A stretch of 64,000 bases of DNA from an uncultured Alphaproteobacteria bacterium (lineage in GTDB: Bacteria; Pseudomonadota; Alphaproteobacteria; Sphingomonadales; Sphingomonadaceae), in the NCBI GenBank assembly GCA_963798785.1, contig CAWCUG010000002.1, positions 2,210 to 66,209 of the forward strand, given 5' to 3'. Positions 1-9,983 of the stretch are shown in pieces (positions within the stretch are counted from its first letter, which is position 1; each line of letters starts with the position of its first letter). The notes beneath the pieces were generated by a model. It did no database searches. It saw only the letters and a program-made list of their open reading frames with translations, and was not told the DNA's origin. The translations under genes and the position numbers were made by a program.

Positions 1-25
1 GGAAAAATGGAGCAATCTAGGGGGC

Positions 26-2455
26 ATGGCCACGGGGGCGAAATCCAGGGCGCGGTCCAAGGGGCAATCCGGCGCGCAATCCGGCACGAAGCCGGGCGCG
101 GCCGCTGCGGCGGCACCGGGGCCGTCCGCCGATCGTCTCGACGATGCGCTTCCGCCCGAATTCTTCAGCGGGCCCGGGCTTCTCGCGCTTGCCGACCTGG
201 TTCCGGCGATGCTCGCCTACGTCGACCGCGACTTCCGCTACCGCTTCCTCAACAAGAGCATGGCCGAATGGTTCGGCAAGCCGCGAAGCGAGATTCTCGG
301 CAAGACGATGCGCGAGATGCTGGGCGAAAAGGCCTGGGCCCATCGCGGCCCGCTTCTCCAGGCGGTGCTTGCCGGCGATCGCCATTTCTTCGTCGCCGAC
401 CATGACCATGAAACGCGCGGCCCGGTCGCCGTCCAGGTGCAGTACGTGCCGTGGCAAGGCGACGGCGGGCGGGTCGAGGGGGTCGTCGTGATCGTCGACG
501 ACGTCACCGAGCAGCGCACCGCCGAGCGGGCCCTTCGCGAAAGCGAGGAGCGCTTCCGCAGGATCGCCGATTCGGCTCCGGTGATGATGTGGGTGACCCG
601 GCTCGACCGCGTCCGCGATTTCGTCAACCAGGCCTATGTCGACTTCGTCGGCGGCACTCGCGAAGAGGTTCGCAATCTCGACTGGCGGACGCGGATCCAC
701 CCCGATGACGTCGAGCGGATCGTTTCCGAAAGCCTCGCCGGGGAAGCCACGCTCGAGCCGTTCGAGCTGGAGGGCCGCTACAAGCGCGCGGACGGCGAGT
801 GGCGGTGGCTCCGAAGCGTCTCGCAGCCGCGCTTCGGGCCGGACGGGGAGCTGGTCGGCTTCATCGGCGCCGCGACCGACATCACGCTCGCCAAGGAAGC
901 GGAGCTCTCGCTCAAGGCCCAGGTGGAGGAGCGCACCGCCGACCTCGTCGACAGCGAAGCCCGTTTCCGCGCCGTCTTCGACGCGGTGCTGGAGGTGCTG
1001 TGCCTGCTAACCACCGACGGCACCATAATAGAACTAAATTCCAAGCAGGCGCCGTGGCGGGCGACGGATGCACGGGGCGCTATCGGGCGCAAGATCTGGG
1101 ACTCGCCGACGCTGCAGGCTTATCCGCAGCACAAAGACCTGATCAGGCGAGCGGTCGAGGCCGCGGCCGGTGGCGAGACCTTCGGAGCGGAGGTGGCGAT
1201 GGAGCGGCCGGGCGTTCCGACCGCCTATCTGGACGTCACCATGCAGCCGGTGCGCGGGCCCGACGGAGAGATCATGTACCTGCTGTTCGAGGCGCGCGAT
1301 ATCACCGACCTCAAAGCGGCCCAGGAGCAGCTCCGGCAAAGCCAGAAAATGGAGGCGCTCGGCCAGCTCACCGGCGGCATCGCGCACGATTTCAACAACC
1401 TGCTGACCGTTGTAGTCGGCGGCCTCGACGTCGTTGCGAAGCGCGTCGAGGACGAAAAGCTCAAGCGCTACGCGGCCAATGCGTTGACCGCTGCCGAACG
1501 CGGCGCTCGGCTGACCGGGCAGCTGCTGGCCTTCAGCCGAGTGCAGAAGCTCGAGGTGCGACCGGTGGAAGTCGGCCCGCTCATTCGCAACATGCGTCCG
1601 CTGCTGCGCAACGTCTTGGGCCCGGGGATCACGAAGGAATTCGACCTCGACTCGGACGAGCTGCCAGTGATGGCCGACCCGACGCAGCTCGAGGTCGCCG
1701 TGCTCAACCTGGCGATCAACGCTCGCGACGCAATGCCAGATGGCGGAGTGCTGAAATTCGTGACTCGAGTGGTCCAGGTCCAGGAGGCCGAAAGCGAGCT
1801 GGAAGCGGGCGACTATGTCGAACTTTGCATCAGCGACACCGGCACCGGAATGCCCGAAGAGGTTGCTTCACGCGCGTTCGAGCCCTTCTTCACGACCAAG
1901 GAGATCGGGAAGGGAACCGGCCTTGGCCTGTCGATGGTCTACGGAATGGCTCGCCAGTCCGGTGGCACTGCGAAAATCGACACCTCGCCAGGCGAAGGCA
2001 CGGCAATCAAATTGTTCTTCAGGGCAGCGCAAGGCGGATCGGCAAGCGAGGCCGCCGACGACACTGAAGAGGCCGAGACGGTGGACGTGAAATCGGCATC
2101 GGTCCTGGTCATCGACGACGATCCGGACGTCCGCGGCTTCATCGCCGAAGCACTTGCCGACGAAGGCTTCACCGTGCGCCACTGCAGCGACGGCAAGACC
2201 GGCCTGGAGAAGTTCGCAAGCGAGGCTCCCGACCTCGTCGTCCTCGATTTCGTCATGCCGGCTATGTCCGGCGCCGACGTCGCCAGGCGAATGCTCGAGA
2301 ACCAGCCCGACCAGAAGATCCTCTTCGTCTCCGGCTATAGCGAAACCGAAGCGATCAAGGAGGTCGCGCCCAAATCGCTGCTGCTGTCCAAGCCCTTCCG
2401 CTCCGAGGCACTGTTGAAGGCAGTTCGAAACGCGCTTTCTTCCTTGCAGCCGTAG
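26..2455 (+). CDS. Cytoplasmic multi-PAS hybrid sensor histidine kinase/response regulator
   Basis: 809 aa ORF with three PAS/PAC-like segments, H-box [16 protein letters not shown]-box [11 protein letters not shown]-boxes DTGTG and GKGTGLGL, C-terminal receiver (VIDDD, VLDFVMP, SKPF). No TM helix seen. Confidence 0.92.
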   Translation: MATGAKSRARSKGQSGAQSGTKPGAAAAAAPGPSADRLDDALPPEFFSGPGLLALADLVPAMLAYVDRDFRYRFLNKSMAEWFGKPRSEILGKTMREMLGEKAWAHRGPLLQAVLAGDRHFFVADHDHETRGPVAVQVQYVPWQGDGGRVEGVVVIVDDVTEQRTAERALRESEERFRRIADSAPVMMWVTRLDRVRDFVNQAYVDFVGGTREEVRNLDWRTRIHPDDVERIVSESLAGEATLEPFELEGRYKRADGEWRWLRSVSQPRFGPDGELVGFIGAATDITLAKEAELSLKAQVEERTADLVDSEARFRAVFDAVLEVLCLLTTDGTIIELNSKQAPWRATDARGAIGRKIWDSPTLQAYPQHKDLIRRAVEAAAGGETFGAEVAMERPGVPTAYLDVTMQPVRGPDGEIMYLLFEARDITDLKAAQEQLRQSQKMEALGQLTGGIAHDFNNLLTVVVGGLDVVAKRVEDEKLKRYAANALTAAERGARLTGQLLAFSRVQKLEVRPVEVGPLIRNMRPLLRNVLGPGITKEFDLDSDELPVMADPTQLEVAVLNLAINARDAMPDGGVLKFVTRVVQVQEAESELEAGDYVELCISDTGTGMPEEVASRAFEPFFTTKEIGKGTGLGLSMVYGMARQSGGTAKIDTSPGEGTAIKLFFRAAQGGSASEAADDTEEAETVDVKSASVLVIDDDPDVRGFIAEALADEGFTVRHCSDGKTGLEKFASEAPDLVVLDFVMPAMSGADVARRMLENQPDQKILFVSGYSETEAIKEVAPKSLLLSKPFRSEALLKAVRNALSSLQP

Positions 2456-2478
2456 CCGCGTTCGCGCGTTCAGTAGGC

Positions 2479-2808
2479 GTGTTGCAAATTTCGGCCTTGC
2501 TGCTGCTTGTCCTAGCCTGGCCCGCCTCCGAGCCCCGGGCGGCGCCGGCGGGCGACTATCGCCTGGTCAATCCCAAGGCCATCGACCTGTTTGAGCGAGA
2601 ACCGAAGCTGATGGAGTGGGCACTCGCCCGCTTCGATGCCGACGGCGATCGCCACCTGTCGATTTTCGAGGCCGACGAGGCGGCGCGGCAGTTCAAGCGG
2701 ATTGCCGACGGCGATGGCGACGGGCAAGTTACTCCGGCCGAGTATCGAGCCGCGCGCGCCTATGTCGTTGCCCGCTGGCCCGGCGCCAGCGGAATCGCCG
2801 CAAACTGA
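2479..2808 (+). CDS. Small secreted EF-hand calcium-binding protein
   Basis: Hydrophobic N-terminal signal; two EF-hand-like loops DADGDRHLSIFE and DGDGDGQVTPAE. Confidence 0.7.
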   Translation: MLQISALLLLVLAWPASEPRAAPAGDYRLVNPKAIDLFEREPKLMEWALARFDADGDRHLSIFEADEAARQFKRIADGDGDGQVTPAEYRAARAYVVARWPGASGIAAN

Positions 2809-2828
2809 TCCCGCGCCCTCCGCGGCCC

Positions 2829-5787
2829 CTAAAGAACGAAATCTCCGCTGGTCAGCGCATGGCTTCCGTCGAGGCGGATCAGGAAGTCGGCGACGCCGTC
2901 GCCGTCGGTGTCGCCGCTGACGTAGGTGTTGCCGCTGATCTCTTCGTAGCGAAGCTCGCCGGCGGTGTTGCTGAACGCGGCGGTGCCGATGAACGCGAAC
3001 GCCTGGTCGCCCGCCGTGGCGGTGTCGGCATCGGCGAAGTTCAGGCGGATGAGGTCGCCCTCGGCGTGGCTGAAGTCCTTGACCTGGTCGCAGGTGGACG
3101 CGGTCAGCCCGGCAAAGTCGCCGTCGCGGAACACGAAGCTGTCGGCCCCGGTGCCGCCGTAGAACACGTCATGGCCGGCGCCGCCCTCGAGCCAGTCGTT
3201 GCCGGCCATCCCGCGAAGCGTATCGCCGCCGTCCATTCCGTAGAGCTTGTTGGCGCCCGAGTTGCCGGTCAGCGTGTTGTCCGACCCATTGCCATAGCCC
3301 CACAGGTTGGCGCTTCCGGTCAGGGTCAGCTTCTCGATGTTGTCGGCAAGCACGTAATTGGAGCTGGCGAACACGCTGTCGGTGCCCTCGCCGGCGTTCT
3401 CGAACACGCGGTCGGCATAGCGGTCAACGTAGTAAACATCGTCGCCGGTGCCGCCCCACATGCGGTCGGTGCCGGCACCGCCATCGAGCACGTCGTTGCC
3501 GCCAAGCCCGAACAATTTGTTGTTGCCGCGAGTTGCCGGTCAGCGTGTTGTCGCCAGCATTGCCGTAGCCCCAGATGCCGCTGCTCCCGGTCAGCGTCAG
3601 CGTCTCGATATTGTCGCCGAGGCGATAGCTTGCGCTGGAGCGAACCTCGTCATTGCCTTCGCCGGCGTTCTCGATCGCGCGGTCGGCGTAAGCATCGACA
3701 TAATAGATGTCGTTGCCGGTCCCTCCGAACAGCCGGTCCGATCCGGCTCCGCCGTCGAGAACGTCATTGCCGCCAAGGCCGAACAGCTTGTTGATGCCGC
3801 TGTTGCCGGTGAGGATGTTGTCGCCGGCATTGCCGTAGCCGTAGAGGTTTGCGCTTCCGGTCAGGGTCAGCGCCTCGATATTGTCGCGAAGCACATAGTT
3901 CGCGGTCGAGAAGACGCTGTCGTTCCCCTCGCCGGCATTCTCGATCACCACGTCGTTATAACTGTCGACGAAGTAAGCGTCGTCGCCCGTGCCGCCGATC
4001 ATCCGGTCGTCGCCGGCGCCGCCATCGAGGATGTCACCACCGGCGCTTCCAAGCAGCTTGTCGTTTCCGCCAAGGCCGGAGAGCGTATCGCCGCCGCCGC
4101 CCCCCTGCAGCGTGTCGGCGCCACTGGTGCCTGTCAGGTTGCGTGCGGGCTCGGCGACGAACACCGGTTGGTAACCGCCGAAGTCGGCGGCAGTGAAGGT
4201 CGCGCCGTCGACGTTTTCGAACCTGATGACATCGACGAAAGCATCGCCGCCGCCGTCGAAATCGAACTGGAGAATTGCATCGCCGCCGCTTTGGAAAAGC
4301 CTGAAATAGCCCGCCTCGAAGGGGTTTATAGAGCTGTCCCAGCCGGGGAGGGTTTGCAGGATCGTGTCGAGGCTGACGTGATCGACGCCCGCCTGGTAGT
4401 CGGTGACCACGGCGGCGAGGCGATCGGCCGATCCGAAGTAGACCGGGTTGACGACGTCATAGCCTTGCCCGAGCGTCACTCGTACATCGCACGGGCCGCT
4501 GATCGTGACGGTGTCGTTGCCGGCCCCGAGGTCCGCCTGGTTACCGCTGGAATCGAGGTCGCCGAGAAAGATGATGTCGTCCCCGGCACCGCCACGGGCG
4601 CTGACGACCGCATCCGTGCCGTACGCGCCGTAAGAGTCGCCCAGGGCAATGATGGAGTTGTTGCCATCGCCCCCGTCGAGGATTGCGGAAACGCCGCCGC
4701 TGCTGAAATATTGCAGGGTGTCGTCGCCGGCTTCGCCGTAAAGTTCTTCGACGCCCGAGCCACCGACGAGTCTGTCGTTGTCATCGCCGCCGTAGAGGAT
4801 GTCGTTGCCGACCCCGCCGTCCAGGTAGTCGATTCCCGCGCCTCCGTAGAGGACGTCGTTGCCGGCCCTCCCGAGCAGGTGGTCGCTACCGTCGAAGCCG
4901 TAGATGGAGTCGTCGCCGACCCCGCCGACGAGACCGCCGGTCGTCAAATATTGCGGGTTCGGGACCAGCTGGTCGTCGCCCGAAGTGCCGTTGACGGTAA
5001 CGCCCGCCGGCTGGCTTCCGTCCGGGTTGAACCCGCCCAGGTCGGCCGCGGTCAAGGCGGAGACGGAGACGTTCTGGAAGCGGACCAGCTCCGACCAATA
5101 TGCCACTCCGTCGGGGCCGTCCTGGTCCCGCTGGAGGACCGCGTCGGCACCATCCTGGACCAGCCGGTAAAAGCCGACCGAGAACGGATTGGTGAAACCG
5201 TCCCACCCGGACAGCTGTTCCGGCGTGAAGGCGATGGTCAGCGAATCGACGCCCGGCTCATAGTCCGTCATGACCAGCGGCCCGCCGTAATTGAAATGTG
5301 CGGCACCATATTCCAGCCCGATGGAAACCTGGTCGGCGCCCTCGCCAAGGGTGAGCGTCGTCGGCTCGACGCTGGCGCCGGTCAGCACGATGCGGTCGTT
5401 GCCGGTGCCAAGGTCGACGATGTTCCCGTTGCCCTGCGTAATCAGCACGGTGTCGTCGCCGTCGCCGCCGAAGACATCGACTCCCCAGCCGAAGACTCCA
5501 ACTCCGAAGGGGAAGCCGACCTTGATGAGATCGTTGCCGGTGCCGCCATCGAGGACCACGCGCCCGCCCGCGTCGTAGATATTGACGGTCAGCGTGTCGT
5601 CGCCGGCCTCTCCGAACAGCTGGTTGAGGCCCGAGGTGTCGGTGAGAGCGTCGTTGCCGTCCCCGCCGTAAAGGATGTCATTTCCGGCACCGCCATCGAT
5701 GGTGTCGTTGCCACCTGCGCCATCGATCGTGTCGTTGCCATCGGAACCGTTGATTACGTCATCGCCGCTCGTACCGGTAATCGGCAT
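2829..5787 (-). CDS. Large RTX (hemolysin-type Ca-binding repeat) secreted protein, about 985 aa; one frameshift near 3530
   Basis: Many GGxGxDxLx nonapeptides; start MPITGTSGDD at 5787 after a GGGGG RBS; ORFs 3424..5814 and 2829..3515 join if one base is removed near 3528-3531 (repeat spacing is 271 bp instead of 270); serralysin-like C-terminal domain (DADTATAGDQAFAFIG...DFLIRLDG). Confidence 0.88.
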
Positions 5788-5906
5788 AGTGAAGGCCCCC
5801 TTCGATACGCGCACTCGAACCCACTAACGCAGATTTACAACATGCCCGTTGGAGCGAAGTTAATCGAGAATCTTTGCCCGTCAAACTTTTCTTCCCTGCG
5901 AAGGGG

Positions 5907-7442
5907 TTACGGGCCGTAGTCGCCGCCGGTGCGCGCTTTTTGTGCGTTTGCGCCTTCCTTCTTTTCGTAGCCAAGCGCGGTCGCCACTCCATTGTCCCAG
6001 CCGTAGACGTCGGGCGCGTAGTGGACGCGGCCGTCCTCGCCGAGGAAAGCGGTGTGGTAGAGAAGCCGGACGGGAATTTCGTTCGGCAGCTGCACCTGCG
6101 TTTCCTCGCCGGTATCCATCGCCTGGCTGAACTTCGAGTCTATGCCCTCCTGGTTGGCCAGGCTGTGCGCGAACTGGAGCGCCCCATGCACTCGAACGCA
6201 GCCGTGGCTGTCGTGGCGATTGTCCTGCTGGAACAGCGACTTGGCGGGGGTGTCGTGAAGATAGATCGCCTGGTCGTCCTTGAGCGCGAACTTGACCACT
6301 CCAAGAGCGCTTTGCGGCCCCGGCTCCTGCACCCAATGACCATTCTTTTTGGAGAAATTGTTTTCGTTCAGCCACGACTGGCTCTTGCTCGCCAGGTCGT
6401 CCTGCTTGGCAATCGAGTCGGGCACCACCCAGTTGGGGTTGGCAACTAGCGCATACATTTGCGTGCCCAGCTGCGGCGTTGCCCATCCGGGCTGGCCGAC
6501 GATGACCTTGCGCTGGTCGACTTTTTGCCCGTCGCGGAAATATTCGAGGAACGACGAAGCGGTGTTGACGTCGATGCGGGTCGCCGGCGGGTTGCGGTTG
6601 AGCCAGCGAAGCCGCTCCATCGCGACGGCAAGCTGGCGGGCGCGGTCCTTGGGGCCGGAGTTGAGCTGCTCGACGGTGTTGGGGCCGACGATTCCGTCAG
6701 CCTTGAGCCCGGCGTCCGACTGCCACTGCTTGAGCGCGTCCGACATCTCCTTGGTGAACACCGCCGCCTCGCCCGACTGGCTGTCTTGCTGCGACTTGTC
6801 GTCGGAGCTTTGGGAGTCCTGCGCTTGCTGCTGTTGCTGGCCAGTGGGCGCTGCGGCCTGCTGGAGGTAGCCCTGGGCGCGCAGGTTGCGAGCGATCGCG
6901 GGCACCCTGGGGTCGCGGTCGCCCGGATTGATGATCTTGCCGGTCGCCGGAATGCTTTCCCCCTTCAGGTCGGGCGTGCGCTGGACGAGCTGGACGAAGG
7001 CGTCGGAAAGCGCCTGATACTCCTTCGACTGCGGCGCCAGCGATGCCAGCCACTGGCGCAGCTGGTTCTGGCGAAGCGCCTGCTTGAGCCCCGCCGACAC
7101 GTCCGCCTTCGGGCGAGGGACGGTATAGACGTCGTAGATTTCGTTAGGATCGACCTTGCCGTTGGCAAGCGCCGAGGCATATTCCTGCGCAGCTTCAAGA
7201 AGCGCCTGCCGACGCTCCGGGCCCTGGGCGGGCATGTCGGCCTTCAGGAACAGGTCCCTGGTCAGCCCGTTCTTCGGCGCGTCCTTCAACGCCTCCATGA
7301 TCCGCGATTCGAGGTCCTGGTCGGAGACGTCGGTACCGGGGTCCACCTGCGACGAGCTGTCGGTCGACACGGACGTGGTGGAGTTGCCGCACGAGCCAAG
7401 GGCAAGCGCGGCGGCGGAAAGGAAAAGGACTGGAAGGCGCAA
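5907..7442 (-). CDS. L,D-transpeptidase (YcbB/LdtD-like) lipoprotein with peptidoglycan-binding domain
   Basis: Lipobox LALGSC after probable TTG start at 7442 (ORF track start 7457); PG-binding motif ALKQWQ...GLKADGIVGPNT; YkuD catalytic IYLHDTP...SHGCVRV. Confidence 0.88.
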   Translation of the reverse strand: MRLPVLFLSAAALALGSCGNSTTSVSTDSSSQVDPGTDVSDQDLESRIMEALKDAPKNGLTRDLFLKADMPAQGPERRQALLEAAQEYASALANGKVDPNEIYDVYTVPRPKADVSAGLKQALRQNQLRQWLASLAPQSKEYQALSDAFVQLVQRTPDLKGESIPATGKIINPGDRDPRVPAIARNLRAQGYLQQAAAPTGQQQQQAQDSQSSDDKSQQDSQSGEAAVFTKEMSDALKQWQSDAGLKADGIVGPNTVEQLNSGPKDRARQLAVAMERLRWLNRNPPATRIDVNTASSFLEYFRDGQKVDQRKVIVGQPGWATPQLGTQMYALVANPNWVVPDSIAKQDDLASKSQSWLNENNFSKKNGHWVQEPGPQSALGVVKFALKDDQAIYLHDTPAKSLFQQDNRHDSHGCVRVHGALQFAHSLANQEGIDSKFSQAMDTGEETQVQLPNEIPVRLLYHTAFLGEDGRVHYAPDVYGWDNGVATALGYEKKEGANAQKARTGGDYGP

Positions 7443-7451
7443 AATTCGATA

Positions 7452-7474
7452 CTCCAAACTACTGTCGTTTGGAG
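7452..7474 (-). promoter_or_regulatory. Perfect 8-bp inverted repeat covering the Shine-Dalgarno of the L,D-transpeptidase gene
   Basis: CTCCAAAC-N7-GTTTGGAG; on the minus-strand mRNA the GGAG lies in the 3' arm, 9 nt before TTG 7442. Confidence 0.4.
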
Positions 7475-7518
7475 AGAGAACATCTGGGATTGCGAGAATA
7501 TCCCTGGCGCCGGCCGGG

Positions 7519-9894
7519 TCAGCCCGCGGCGCGCTGCTTGTCGAGGCCGACGACCATCTCGTTGGCCTTGGCGTAGCTTAGCGGCTTGCCGAACAGATAG
7601 CCCTGGATGATGTCGCAGCCGAGCTCGCGCATCCGCTCGAAATCCTCGGGAGTCTCCACTCCCTCGGCGGTGATCGTCATCCGGAAGCTCTTGGCGAGCT
7701 GGACGATCGACTGGATGATGGCGACGTTTTCGGGGCGGGTGCCGGCTTCGCGGACGAAGCTGCCGTCGATCTTCAGCTTGTGGAAGATCGCCTTGTTCAA
7801 ATAGCCGATCGACGAATAGCCGGTGCCGAAGTCGTCCAGGGCAATGCCAAGGCCGAGCGCGCGGAGCCGCTTGAGGACGTCGAGCGTCGGGCCGTTGTCG
7901 CCGAGGAACACCCCTTCGGTGACCTCCAGCTCGATCTGGTTGCCCTGGACGCGGTGGCGGGCGAGCGCCTCGCTGACCACGTTGGGAAGGTTGGGAAGCA
8001 CGATCTGCTTGGGGCTGACGTTGAGGGCGACGGTGATGTGGTTTGGCCAGCTCGCCGCTGCCCGGCACGATTCCTCGATCACCCACTGGCCGATCGCAGG
8101 CATCAGCCCGATTTCCTCGGCCACGGAAATGAAATCGTTCGGCGGGACGAGGCCGCGCTTCGGGTGGTTCCAGCGGATCAGCGCCTCGAAACCGGTGAGC
8201 TTTTGCGTCTTCGCGGCGATCAGCGGCTGGAAGACGAGGTGGAACTGGTTGGCCTGCAGCGCCGAGCGAAGGTCGGTTTCGAGCCGGACCCGGTCTTCCT
8301 TTTCCGACTGCAGCTCCGACGAGAAATAGCGGGCGATTCCGCGGCCGGCGCCCTTGGCTTCGTAGAGCGCAAGGTCGGCCTTGAGGATGAGGTCGTCGAC
8401 AGTGGCTCCGTCGACCGGCCCGAACGAGCAGCCGATCGACACGCCGATGCGGATGCTGGTGCCGTCGACTTCGTAGGGCTCCTTGATCGAATCGATGATT
8501 CGCTGCGCCATCTGCTCGACCGACTTGCGGCTCTGGGAATTGGGGATGACGATCGCGAATTCGTCGCCGCCCATTCGCCCGACATGGCCCGTCGCGCCGA
8601 CCTCCGCGACTAGGCGCTTGGCCACTGCCCTGAGCACTGCATCGCCCTTGGGGTGGCCGAAGGTGTCGTTGACCGGCTTGAAGCCGTCGAGGTCGAGAAA
8701 CAGGATTGCGCAGGTCTCGTTGCTTGCCGCTGCTTCGCGAAGGGCTTCGCCGAGGAGCTGGCGGACGCGGCCGCGGTTGGGAAGCCCGGAGAGGACGTCC
8801 ATGTTGGCGAGGTGGGTCAGCCGCTCCTGCGTCTGCCGGATCTCGGTGACGTCGGAGCCGACTCCGCGGAAACCTTCGAAGCGGTCGGCGGTATCGATGA
8901 TCGGATCGCCGGCAATCGAAATCCAGCGCGGGCCGTGCGGAGTATCGAGCTGCATCTCGAGATTGGCGAACGGCTGCTTGGCGAGAAGCTTGCTTCCAAG
9001 CTCGGCGCTTCCGCCAAGGAGCGAGGGAAGCGAGTGGCCGAGGAGCTGGCTTGCCGGGCGGTTGAGCAGGGCGACCATCCGCGACGAAATGTAGGTCACG
9101 CGGTTTTCCGAATCGACCTGCCACAGCCAGCCGACGCCGCGCTGTTCATATTCCTGCAGGAGGAGGGCTGAGCTTTCGCTCTGCGAGCCCATGTCGGCGT
9201 TGGTCTTGAGCTGCGTGAACGCCCAGCGGGCGACCGCAAGCACGCCGAAAATCGCCACTCCGAGAGTGAACAGGATGGAGAGCATGGGCTCGAACGGGAT
9301 CTGGCTGCGGCCGATGACCAGCGCCACCGAAAGGCCGGCGGTGAAGGCGGCCATCCACGTCACCACGCACGGCAGGACGACGACGAGGCCCAGCGAGGCG
9401 ATGCCGAGGCCGGCGAACACCGAGGCCGTGACCAGCTGCGAGGCGGGATCTAGGGATGGAAAGGCGTAGAGCGGAAGCGACAGCCACAAGAGCGCGCGGA
9501 TGGCGATGTCGGCAACGAGGATACGATTGCCGAGAGGGCGGCCCGAGCGGCCGATGTGGGTGATCGCCTGGGTGCGCGCCAGCTGCATCGCGCCGAGGTT
9601 CACGATCGCCACCGCAGCGGCCCATCCGCCGACCAGCAGCGACGACACCTCGCTCCACAGGCATGCGGCGACGATCGCGGCGGCGGCGACATTGGCGGCG
9701 GCGAAGAAGGGCGCGAGGTCGGCGCGGGCGAGAAGCTGCGCATCGCGGAGCGGCGAGTTTTCGGCTTCCTTGCCGTTGGTAAAGGCCAAGGATTTCCCAC
9801 CCGGCAAACGCGCCGAGATCATTCGCTTGTACCGGTCAGGCGCTTCGTACATCCAGGTTCCGCTTTTCCGTCCAGTGCGGAGCGGTACGTCCAA
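7519..9894 (-). CDS. Membrane-bound PAS-GGDEF-EAL diguanylate cyclase/phosphodiesterase
   Basis: N-terminal TM helices, PAS-like WLWQVDSENRVTY, intact GGDEF (RMGGDEF), EAL (FEALIRW) and DDFGTGYSS motifs. Start codon uncertain. Confidence 0.92.
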   Translation of the reverse strand: MDVPLRTGRKSGTWMYEAPDRYKRMISARLPGGKSLAFTNGKEAENSPLRDAQLLARADLAPFFAAANVAAAAIVAACLWSEVSSLLVGGWAAAVAIVNLGAMQLARTQAITHIGRSGRPLGNRILVADIAIRALLWLSLPLYAFPSLDPASQLVTASVFAGLGIASLGLVVVLPCVVTWMAAFTAGLSVALVIGRSQIPFEPMLSILFTLGVAIFGVLAVARWAFTQLKTNADMGSQSESSALLLQEYEQRGVGWLWQVDSENRVTYISSRMVALLNRPASQLLGHSLPSLLGGSAELGSKLLAKQPFANLEMQLDTPHGPRWISIAGDPIIDTADRFEGFRGVGSDVTEIRQTQERLTHLANMDVLSGLPNRGRVRQLLGEALREAAASNETCAILFLDLDGFKPVNDTFGHPKGDAVLRAVAKRLVAEVGATGHVGRMGGDEFAIVIPNSQSRKSVEQMAQRIIDSIKEPYEVDGTSIRIGVSIGCSFGPVDGATVDDLILKADLALYEAKGAGRGIARYFSSELQSEKEDRVRLETDLRSALQANQFHLVFQPLIAAKTQKLTGFEALIRWNHPKRGLVPPNDFISVAEEIGLMPAIGQWVIEESCRAAASWPNHITVALNVSPKQIVLPNLPNVVSEALARHRVQGNQIELEVTEGVFLGDNGPTLDVLKRLRALGLGIALDDFGTGYSSIGYLNKAIFHKLKIDGSFVREAGTRPENVAIIQSIVQLAKSFRMTITAEGVETPEDFERMRELGCDIIQGYLFGKPLSYAKANEMVVGLDKQRAAG

Positions 9895-9898
9895 GACG

Positions 9899-9914
9899 GT
9901 TGAAACGCGGTTAA
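9899..9914 (-). promoter_or_regulatory. Candidate CtrA box upstream of GGDEF-EAL gene
   Basis: Minus strand TTAA-CCGCGTT-TCAAC versus consensus TTAA-N7-TTAAC (one mismatch). Confidence 0.45.
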
Positions 9915-9983
9915 GATTGCCCGGCGGGCGTTTGGCGAGGAGCTCGCTCGCAACAGCCGCGCAATCGCCTTATATCCGGCACG

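Noticed and set aside
2829-5787. RTX toxin or serralysin protease
   Set aside because: No HExxH, pore-forming or other catalytic domain seen, only repeats and accessory domains.
3448-5919. 823-aa plus-strand ORF, and other long antisense ORFs such as 13331..15091, 15276..16931, 25441..27501 and 29668..30822
   Set aside because: Shadow ORFs opposite well-supported genes; expected from high GC3 bias; no recognisable motifs.
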